Positions 48,681 through 64,000 of a stretch of 64,000 bases of DNA are shown here, in pieces. Origin of the DNA: Dendrobates tinctorius (Eukaryota); assembly GCF_039654945.1 (NCBI RefSeq), contig NW_027362112.1, positions 558,001 to 622,000 of the forward strand, written 5' to 3'. Made by a program: the position numbers and the translations under genes. Each line of letters begins with the position of its first letter. Positions within the stretch are counted from its first letter, which is position 1. The notes beneath the pieces are model-generated. The model searched no databases and had not been told where the DNA came from. It saw nothing but the letters and a program-made list of their open reading frames with translations.

Positions 48681-51600
48681 GGGTCGGGATGTCGGGGTTC
48701 GGTATGTTGAGGTTTGGGCGCAGGATGCTGGGGTTCAGGATGTTCGGGTTCGGGATGTCGGGGTTCGGGATATCGGGGTTCTGGGCGCGGGATGTCGGGG
48801 TTCAGGATGTCGGGGAGCGGGCTCTCGGGGGGTTCAGGGCTCAGGCTCTCGGGATGTCGGGGTTCGGGATGTCGGGGTTCGGTATGTTGAGGTTTGGGCG
48901 CAGGATGCTGGGGTTCAGGATGTTCGGGTTCGGGATGTCGGGGTTCGGGATATCGGGGTTCTGGGCCCGGGATGTCGGGGTTCAGGATGTCGGGGAGCGG
49001 GCTCTCGGGGGGTTCAGGGCTCAGGCTCTCGGGATGTCGGGGTTCGGGATGTCGGGGTTCGGGATGTCGGGGTTCGGGATGTCGCGGTTCGGGATGTCGG
49101 GGTTCGGGATGTCGCGGTTCGGGATGTCGGGGTTCGGGATGTCGCGGTTCGGGATGTCGGGGTTCGGGATGTCGGGGTTCGGGATGTCGCGGTTCGGGAT
49201 GTCGCGGTTCGGGATGTCGGGGTTCGGGATGTCGCGGTTCGGGATGTCGGGGTTCGGGATGTCGCGGTTCGGGATGTCGGGGTTCGGGATGTCGCGGTTC
49301 GGGATGTCGCGGTTCGGGATGTCGGGGTTCGGGATGTCGCGGTTCGGGATGCTGGGGTTCGGGATGTCGGGGTTCGGATGTCGGGGTTCGGGATGTCGGG
49401 GTTCGGGATGTCAGGGTTCGGGATGTCGGGGTTCGGGATGCTGGGGTTCGGGATGTCGGAGTTCGGGATGTCTGAGTTCGGGATGCTGGGGTTCGGGATG
49501 TCGGGGTTCGGGATGCTGGGGTTCGGGATGTCGGGGTTCGGATGTCGGGGTTCGGGATGTCGGGGTTCGGGATGTCGCGGTTCGGGATGCTGGGGTTCGG
49601 GATGTCGGGGTTCGGGATGTCGGGGTTCGGGATGTCGGGGTTCGGGATGCTGGGGTTCGGGATGTCGGGGTTCGGATGTCGGGGTTCGGGATGCTGGGGT
49701 TCTGGATGTCGGGGTTCTGGGTGCTGGATGTCGGGGTTCGGGATGTCGGGGTTCTGGGTGCTGGATGTCGGGGTTCGGGATGTCGGGGTTCGGGATGTCG
49801 GGGTTCGGGATGCTGGGGTTCGGGATGTCGGGGTTCGGATGTCGGGGTTCGGGATGTCGGGGTTCTGGATGTCGGGGTTCTGGGTGCTGGATGTCGGGGT
49901 TCGGGATGTCGGGGTTCTGGGTGCTGGATGTCGGGGTTCGGGATGTCGGGGTTCTGGGTGCTGGATGTCGGGGTTCTGGGTGCTGGATGTCGGGGTTCAG
50001 GATGTCGGGGTTCAGGATGTCGGGGCGTGGGCTCTCGGGGTTCAGGGCGCAGGCTCTCGGGATGCTGGGGTTCGGAATGTCGGGGTTCGGATGTCGGGGT
50101 TCGGGATGCTGGGGTTCTGGATGTCGGGGTTCGGGATGTCGGGGTTCTGGGTGCTGGATGTCAGGGTTCGGGATGTCGGGGTTCTGGGTGCTGGATGTCG
50201 GGGTTCTGGGTGCTGGATGTCGGGGTTCAGGATGTCGGGGCGTGGGCTCTCGGGGTTCAGGGCGCAGGCTCTCGGGATGCTGGGGTTCGGGATGTCGGGG
50301 TTCGGATGTCGGGGTTCGGGATGCTGGGGTTCGGGATGTCGGGGTTCGGGATGTCGGGGTTCTGGGTGCTGGATGTCGGGGTTCGGGATGTCGGGGTTCT
50401 GGGTGCTGGATGTCGGGGTTCTGGGTGCTGGATGTCGGGGTTCGGGATGTCGGGGTTCAGGATGTCGGGGCGTGGGCTCTCAGGGTTCAGGGCGCAGGCT
50501 CTCGGGATGCTGGGGTTCCGGATGTCCGAGTTCGGGATGTCGGGGTTCAGGATATTGGGGTTCGGGATGTCCGGGTTCGGGATGTCGGGCTCTCGGGGTG
50601 CTGGGGTTCGGGATGTCGGGGTTCGGGATGCTGGGGCTCGGGATGTCGGGGTTCGGGATATTGGGGTTCGGGATGTCCGGGTTCGGGATGTCGGGCTTCG
50701 GGATGTCAGGGTTCGGGATATTGGGGTTCGGGATGTCCGGGTTCGGGATGTCGGGGCTCAGGATGTCGGGGTGTGGGCTCTCGGGGTGCTGGGGTTTTGG
50801 ATGTCGGGGTTCGGGATTTCGGGGTTCGGGATGCTGGGGCTCGGGATGTCGGGGTTCGGGATGTCGGGGTTCGGGATGTCGGGGTTCGGGATGTCGGGGT
50901 TCGGGATGTCGGGGTTCGGGATGTCCGGTTTCAGAATGTCGGGGTTCGGGATGTCCGGGTTCGGGACGTCTAGGTTCGGGATGTCGGGGTTCTTGGCGCA
51001 GGCTCTCGGGATGTCAGGGTTCTGGGTGCTGGATGTCGGGGTTCGGGATGTCGGGGTTCTGGGTGCTGGATGTCGGGGTTCGGGATGTCGGGGTTCGTGA
51101 TGTCGGGGTTCGGGATGTCGCGGTTCGGGATGTCGGGGTTCGGGATGTCGGGGTTCGGGATGCTGGGGTTTGGGATGTCCGGGCTCGGGATGTTTGGGTT
51201 CTGGACGCGGGTTGTCGGGATGTCGGGGTTCGGGATGTCGGGGTTCGAGATGTCGGGGTTCGGGATGTCGGGGTTCGGGATGTCGCGGTTCGGGATGTCG
51301 GGGTTCGGGATGTCGCGGTTCGGGATGTCGGGGTTCGGGATGTCGGGGTTCGGGATGTCGGGGTTCGGGATGTCGCGGTTCGGGATGTCGGGGTTCGGGA
51401 TGTCGCGGTTCGGGATGTCGGGGTTCGGGATGTCGCGGTTCGGGATGTCGCGGTTCGGGATGTCGGGGTTCGGGATGTCGCGGTTCGGGATGTCGGGGTT
51501 CGGGATGTCGCGGTTTGGGATGTCGGGGTTCGGGATGTCGCGGTTCGGGATGTCGCGGTTCGGGATGTCGGGGTTCGGGATGTCGCGGTTCGGGATGCTG

Positions 51601-54600
51601 GGGTTCGGGATGTCGGGGTTCGGATGTCGGGGTTCGGGATGTCGGGGTTCGGGATGTCGGGGTTCGGGATGTCGGGGTTCGGGATGCTGGGGTTCGGGAT
51701 GTCGGGGTTCGGGATGTCTGAGTTCGGGATGCTGGGGTTCGGGATGTCGGGGTTCGGGATGCTGGGGTTCGGGATGTCGGGGTTCGGATGTCGGGGTTCG
51801 GGATGTCGGGGTTCGGGATGTCGCGGTTCGGGATGCTGGGGTTCGGGATGTCGGGGTTCGGGATGTCGGGGTTCGGGATGTCGGGGTTCGGGATGCTGGG
51901 GTTCGGGATGTCGGGGTTCGGATGTCGGGGTTCGGGATGCTGGGGTTCTGGATGTCGGGGTTCTGGGTGCTGGATGTCGGGGTTCGGGATGTCGGGGTTC
52001 TGGGTGCTGGATGTCGGGGTTCGGGATGTCGGGGTTCGGGATGTCGGGGTTCGGGATGCTGGGGTTCGGGATGTCGGGGTTCGGATGTCGGGGTTCGGGA
52101 TGTCGGGGTTCTGGATGTCGGGGTTCTGGGTGCTGGATGTCGGGGTTCGGGATGTCGGGGTTCTGGGTGCTGGATGTCGGGGTTCGGGATGTCGGGGTTC
52201 TGGGTGCTGGATGTCGGGGTTCTGGGTGCTGGATGTCGGGGTTCAGGATGTCGGGGTTCAGGATGTCGGGGCGTGGGCTCTCGGGGTTCAGGGCGCAGGC
52301 TCTCGGGATGCTGGGGTTCGGGATGTCGGGGTTCGGATGTCGGGGTTCGGGATGCTGGGGTTCTGGATGTCGGGGTTCGGGATGTCGGGGTTCTGGGTGC
52401 TGGATGTCAGGGTTCGGGATGTCGGGGTTCTGGGTGCTGGATGTCGGGGTTCTGGGTGCTGGATGTCGGGGTTCAGGATGTCGGGGCGTGGGCTCTCGGG
52501 GTTCAGGGCGCAGGCTCTCGGGATGCTGGGGTTCGGGATGTCGGGGTTCGGATGTCGGGGTTCGGGATGCTGGGGTTCGGGATGTCGGGGTTCGGGATGT
52601 CGGGGTTCTGGGTGCTGGATGTCGGGGTTCGGGATGTCGGGGTTCTGGGTGCTGGATGTCGGGGTTCTGGGTGCTGGATGTCGGGGTTCGGGATGTCGGG
52701 GTTCAGGATGTCGGGGCGTGGGCTCTCAGGGTTCAGGGCGCAGGCTCTCGGGATGCTGGGGTTCCGGATGTCCGAGTTCGGGATGTCGGGGTTCAGGATA
52801 TTGGGGTTCGGGATGTCCGGGTTCGGGATGTCGGGCTCTCGGGGTGCTGGGGTTCGGGATGTCGGGGTTCGGGATGCTGGGGCTCGGGATGTCGGGGTTC
52901 GGGATATTGGGGTTCGGGATGTCCGGGTTCGGGATGTCGGGCTTCGGGATGTCAGGGTTCGGGATATTGGGGTTCGGGATGTCCGGGTTCGGGATGTCGG
53001 GGCTCAGGATGTCGGGGTGTGGGCTCTCGGGGTGCTGGGGTTTTGGATGTCGGGGTTCGGGATTTCGGGGTTCGGGATGCTGGGGCTCGGGATGTCGTGG
53101 TTCGGGATGTCGGGGTTCGGGATGTCGGGGTTCGGGATGTCGGGGTTCGGGATGTCCGGTTTCAGAATGTCGGGGTTCGGGATGTCCGGGTTCGGGACGT
53201 CTAGGTTCGGGATGTCGGGGTTCTTGGCGCAGGCTCTCGGGATGTCAGGGTTCTGGGTGCTGGATGTCGGGGTTCGGGATGTCGGGGTTCTGGGTGCTGG
53301 ATGTCGGGGTTCGGGATGTCGGGGTTCGTGATGTCGGGGTTCGGGATGTCGCGGTTCGGGATGTCGGGGTTCGGGATGTCGGGGTTCGGGATGCTGGGGT
53401 TTGGGATGTCCGGGCTCGGGATGTTTGGGTTCTGGACGCGGGTTGTCGGGATGTCGGGGTTCGGGATGTCGGGGTTCGAGATGTCGGGGTTCGGGATGTC
53501 GGGGTTCGGGATGTCGCGGTTCGGGATGTCGGGGTTCGGAATGTCGCGGTTCGGGATGTCGCGGTTCGGGATGTCGGGGTTCGGGATGTCGGGGTTCGGG
53601 ATGTCGGGGTTCGGGATGTCGCGGTTCGGGATGTCGGGGTTCGGGATGTCGCGGTTCGGGATGTCGGGGTTCGGGATGTCGCGGTTCGGGATGTCGCGGT
53701 TCGGGATGTCGGGGTTCGGGATGTCGCGGTTCGGGATGTCGGGATTCGGGATGTCGCGGTTCGGGATGTCGGGGTTCGGGATGTCGCGGTTCGGGATGTC
53801 GCGGTTCGGGATGTCGGGGTTCGGGATGTCGCGGTTCGGGATGTCGGGGTTCGGGATGTCGCGGTTCGGGATGTCGGGGTTCGGGATGTCGGGGTTCGGG
53901 ATGTCGGGGTTCGGGATGTCGCGGTTCGGGATGTCGGGGTTCGGGATGTCGGGGTTCGGGATGTCGCGGTTCGGGATGTCGGGGTTCGGGATGTCGGGGT
54001 TCGGGATGTCGCGGTTCGGGATGTCGCGGTTCGGGATGTCGGGGTTCGGGATGTCGCGGTTCGGGATGTCGGGGTTCGGGATGTCGGGGTTCGGGATGTC
54101 GCGGTTCTGGATGTCGGGGTTCGGGATGTCGGGGTTCGGGATGTCGCGGTTCGGGATGTCGGGGTTCGGGATGTCGCGGTTCGGGATGTCGGGGTTCGGG
54201 ATGTCGGGGTTCGGGATGTCGGGGTTCGGGATGTCGGGGTTCGGGATGTCGGGGTTCGGGATGTCGCGGTTCGGGATGTCGGGGTTCGGGATGTCGGGGT
54301 TCGGGATGTCGCGGTTCGGGATGTCGGGGTTCGGGATGTCGCGGTTCGGGATGTCGGGGTTCGGGATGTCGGGGTTCGGGATGTCGCGGTTCGGGATGTC
54401 GGGGTTCGGGATGTCGGGGTTCGGGATGTCGGGGTTCGGGATGTCGGGGTTCGGGATGTCGGGGTTCGGGATGTCGCGGTTCGGGATGTCGGGGTTCGGG
54501 ATGTCGCGGTTCGGGATGTCGCGGTTCGGGATGTCGGGGTTCGGGATGTCGCGGTTCGGGATGTCGGGGTTCGGGATGTCGGGGTTCGGGATGTCGCGGT

Positions 54601-56258
54601 TCGGGATGTCGGGGTTCGGGATGTCGCGGTTCGGGATGTCGGGGTTCGGGATGTCGCGGTTCGGGATGTCTGGGTTCGGGATGTCGGGGTTCGGGATGTC
54701 GCGGTTCGGGATGTCGGGGTTCGGGATGTCGGGGTTCGGGATGTCGCGGTTCGGGATGTCGGGGTTCGGGATGTCGGGGTTCGGGATGTCGGGGTTCGGG
54801 ATGTCGCGGTTCGGGATGTCGGGGTTCGGGATGTCGGGGTTCGGGATGTCGCGGTTCGGGATGTCGGGGTTCGGGATGTCGCGGTTCGGGATGTCGCGGT
54901 TCGGGATGTCGGGGTTCGGGATGTCGCGGTTCGGGATGTCGGGGTTCGGGATGTCGGGGTTCGGGATGTCGGGGTTCGGGATGTCGGGGTTCGGGATGTC
55001 GGGGTTCGGGATGTCGCGGTTCGGGATGTCGCGGTTCGGGATGTCGGGGTTCGGGATGTCGGGGTTCGGGATGTCGCGGTTCGGGATGTCGGGGTTCGGG
55101 ATGTCGGGGTTCGGGATGTCGCGGTTCGGGATGTCGGGGTTCGGGATGTCGGGGTTCGGGATGTCGGGGTTCGGGATGTCGCGGTTCGGGATGTCGGGGT
55201 TCGGGATGTCGGGGTTCGGGATGTCGCGGTTCGGGATGTCGGGGTTCGGGATGTCGCGGTTCGGGATGTCGCGGTTCGGGATGTCGGGGTTCGGGATGTC
55301 GCGGTTCGGGATGTCGGGGTTCGGGATGTCGGGGTTCGGGATGTCGGGGTTCGGGATGTCGGGGTTCGGGATGTCGCGGTTCGGGATGTCGCGGTTCGGG
55401 ATGTCGGGGTTCGGGATGCCGCGGTTCGGGATGTCGGGGTTCGGGATGTCGGGGTTTGGGATGCTGGGGTTCAGGATGCTGGGGTTCAGGATGCTGGGGT
55501 TTGGGATGTCCGGGCTCGGGATGTTTGGGTTCTGGACGCGGGTTGTCGGGATGTCAGGGTTCGGGATGTCGGGATGTCGCGGTTCGGGATGTCGGGGTTC
55601 GGGATGTCGCGGTTTGGGATGTCGGGGTTCGGGATGTTGCGGTTCGGGATGTCGGGGTTCGGGATGTCGCGGTTCGGGATGTCGCGGTTCGGGATGTCGG
55701 GGTTCGGGATGTCGGGGTTCGGGATGTCGGGGTTCGGGATGTCGGGGTTCGGGATGTCGGGGTTCGGGATGTCGCGGTTCGGGATGTCGGGGTTCGGGAT
55801 GTCGCGGTTCGGGATGTCGCGGTTCGGGATGTCGCGGTTCGGGATGTCGGGGTTCGGGATGTCGGGGTTCGGGATGTCGCGGTTCGGGATGTCGGGGTTC
55901 GGGATGTCGGGGTTCGGGATGTCGGGGTTCGGGATGTCGGGGTTCGGGATGTCGCGGTTCGGGATGTCGCGGTTCGGGATGTCGCGGTTCGGGATGTCGG
56001 GGTTCGGGATGTCGGGGTTCGGGATGTCGCGGTTCGGGATGTCGGGGTTCGGGATGTCGGGGTTCGGGATGTCGCGGTTCGGGATGTCGGGGTTCGGGAT
56101 GTCGGGGTTCGGGATGTCGCGGTTCGGGATGTCGGGGTTCGGGTTGTCGCGGTTCGGGATGTCGCGGTTCGGGATGTCGGGGTTCGGGATGTCGGGGTTC
56201 GGGATGTCGGGGTTCGGGATGTCGGGGTTCGGGATGTCGGGGTTCGGGATGTCGGGGC
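48680..56258. repeat. 15-bp CpG-rich satellite (gggatgtcg[g/c]ggttc)n with higher-order duplications, between the divergent CCDC113 and CSNK2A2 starts
   Basis: Read directly; about 7.6 kb. Confidence 0.97.
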
Positions 56259-56501
56259 TCTCGGAGCAGCCCGTGAAGCAGCCGCCGGTAGTGCAGGGAG
56301 CGGCGCCGCCTTCCTCCGGCCTGCAGGGGTCGCTGTGCTCTGGAGGCGCCGCCCGTCCTTTCCTCGCCGTCAGTCCCGGAAGCCTGTGATCCCGGCCTGG
56401 CTGTGCTGTGTGCGGCCGCCTCTCTCCTCCTGCGAGCGGCCTCCCGCCGCCTCCCTGTCCCGGGGCCGCGGGGCTTGAGCTCCAGACCCCCCGCCGCCGC
56501 C

Positions 56502-56605
56502 ATGCCAGGCCCGCAGGCCGGGAGCAGAGCCCGTGTGTACGCCGACGTGAACAGCCTGAGGAGCCGCGAATACTGGGACTATGAGGCGCACATCCCGAAC
56601 TGGGG
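56502..56605 (+). CDS. CSNK2A2: Casein kinase II subunit alpha', coding exon 1
   Basis: gccgccgccATG; [35 protein letters not shown] is the CK2 alpha' N-terminus. GG|GTAAC donor. Confidence 0.96.
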
Positions 56606-56611
56606 GTAACC

Positions 56612-58520
56612 GGGGGGAGTACGGAGGGGGGCACTCACAGGAGGGGAGTACGGAGGGGGGCACTCACAGGAGGGGAGTACGGAGGGGGGCACTCACAGGA
56701 GGGGAGTACGGAGGGGGGCACTCACAGGAGGGGAGTACGGAGGGGGGCACTCACAGGAGGGGAGTACGGAGGGGGGCACTCACAGGAGGGGAGTACGGAG
56801 GGGGGCACTCACAGGAGGGGAGTACGGAGGGGGGCACTCACAGGAGGGGAGTACGGAGGGGGGCACTCAAAGGAGGGGGGGCACTCACAGGAGGGGAGTA
56901 CGGAGGGGGGCACTCACAGGAGGGGAGTACGGAGGGGGGCACTCAAAGGAGGGGGGGCACTCACAGGAGGGGAGTACGGAGGGGGGCACTCACAGGAGGG
57001 GAGTACGGAGGGGGGCACTCACAGGAGGGGAGTACGGAGGGGGGCACTCACAGGAGGGGAGTACGGAGGGGGGCACTCACAGGAGGGGAGTACGGAGGGG
57101 GGCATTCACAGGAGGGGAGTACGGAGGGGGGCACTCAGAGGAGGGGGGTACGGAGGGGGGCACTCAGAGGAGGGGGGTACGGAGGGGGGGCACTCACAGG
57201 AGGGGAGTACGGAGGGGGGCACTCACAGGAGGGGAGTACGGAGGGGGGCACTCACAGGAGGGGAGTACGGAGGGGGGCACTCACAGGAGGGGGGTACGGA
57301 GGGGGGGCACTCACAGGAGGGGAGTACGGAGGGGGGCACTCACAGGAGAGGGTACGGAGGGGGGCACTCACAGGAGGGCACTCAAAGGAGGGGAGTACGG
57401 AGGGGGGGCACTCAAAGGAGGGGAGTACGGAGGGGGGCACTCAAAGGAGGGGAGTACGGAGGGGGGCACTCACAGGAGGGGAGTACGGAGGGGGGCACTC
57501 ACAGGAGGGGAGTACGGAGGGGGGCACTCACAGGAGGGGGGGCACTCACAGGAGGGGAGTACGGAGGGGGGCACTCACAGGAGGGGAGTACGGAGGGGGG
57601 CACTCAAAGGAGGGGAGTACGGAGGGGGGCACTCACAGGAGGGGGGTCACTCACAGGAGGGGAGTACGGAGGGGGGGCACTCAGGAGGGGAGTACGGAGG
57701 GGGGGCACTCACAGGAGGGGAGTACGGAGGGTGGGCACTCACAGGAGGGGAGTACGGAGGGGGGCACTCACAGGAGGGGAGTACGGAGGGGGGCACTCAC
57801 AGGAGGGGAGTACGGAGGGGGGCACTCACAGGAGGGGAGTACGGAGGGGGGGCACTCACAGGAGGGGAGTACGGAGGTGGGCACTCACAGGAGGGGAGTA
57901 CGGAGGGGGGGCACTCACAGGAGGGGGAGGGGCACTCACAGGAGGGGAGTACGGAGGGGGTCACTCACAGGAGGGGAGTACGGAGGGGGGCACTCACAGG
58001 AGGGGAGTACGGAGGGGGGGCACTCACAGGAGGGGGAGTACGGAGGGGGGGCACTCACAGGAGGGGAGTACGGAGGGGGGCACTCACAGGAGGGGAGTAC
58101 GGAGGGGGGCACTCACAGGAGGGGAGGGGCACTCACAGGAGGGGAGTACGGAGGGGGTCACTCACAGGAGGGGAGTACGGAGGGGGGCACTCACAGGAGG
58201 GGAGTACGGAGGGGGGCACTCACAGGATGGGGGCACTCACAGGAGGGGAGTACGGAGGGGGGCACTCACAGGAGGGGGGTACGGAGGGGGGCACTCACAG
58301 GAGGGGAGTACGGAGGGGGGCACTCACAGGAGGGGAGTACGGAGGGGGGCACTCACAGGAGGGGGGCACTCACAGGAGGGGAGTACGGAGGGGTGGCACT
58401 CACAGGAGGAGAGTACGGAGGGGTGGCACTCACAGGAGGGGAGTACGGCGGGGGGGCACTAGACCGGAGGGGAGTATGGAGGGGGGGCACTAGACCGGAG
58501 GGGAGTACGGAGGGGGGGGC
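56612..58520. repeat. 29-bp G-rich minisatellite (ggaggggagtacggaggggggcactcaca)n filling CSNK2A2 intron 1
   Basis: Read directly; starts a few nt after the donor. Confidence 0.95.
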
Positions 58521-58687
58521 ATACTTATTGGGTTTGATCCCCAGCGGGCGTATGGCGAAGGCAACGGACTGTTGAGGGGCTGATATGGGGCCGGACACTT
58601 GCGGGATGTGGAGTAGGACATCTGTTTCTGCTCGGCATTTTCGGCGCCGCTCGTCTCCCCGGTCTTATTCCCGTTTTTTTTTTTTAA

Positions 58688-64000
<5,313 letters not shown>

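Noticed and set aside
48680-56258. Telomere-like or interstitial telomeric repeat
   Set aside because: G-rich, but contains no TTAGGG arrays; the unit is a 15-mer.
48547-56634. Pentapeptide-repeat ORFs (RDVGV, GMSGF, GCRGS, PDIPN) resembling keratin-associated or structural proteins
   Set aside because: The 15-bp satellite is open in nearly all frames on both strands, has frame-breaking 14-bp units, and shows no splice or domain context.

Overview
Vertebrate genomic DNA, most likely an anuran amphibian (inferred from the Tc1/CR1/L2/MITE repertoire and the protein divergence). It is not prokaryotic. It holds the gene block GINS3(-) / PRSS54(+) / CCDC113=CFAP263(-) / CSNK2A2(+, first two exons only), the same order I recall from mammals. 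All exons were reconstructed by hand with GT-AG boundaries and compatible phases: GINS3 3 exons, 210 aa; CCDC113 9 exons, 381 aa; PRSS54 5 well-supported exons plus 1 tentative first exon, up to 316 aa. Roughly two thirds of the window (my estimate) is tandem repeat. About 13 mutually unrelated minisatellites each occupy a different intron or intergenic gap, usually starting within tens of bases of a splice site, while the repeat-free introns are only 72-106 nt. Mobile elements: a decayed Tc1 split by a CR1 LINE, an intact DD34E Tc1, a near-intact DD36E (Incomer-type) Tc1, an L2 3' fragment, two MITE-like elements, and a probable Penelope-like relic with a hammerhead ribozyme core. Nearly all long ORFs in the ORF track are repeat artefacts. 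There is an assembly gap at 62387-62529.
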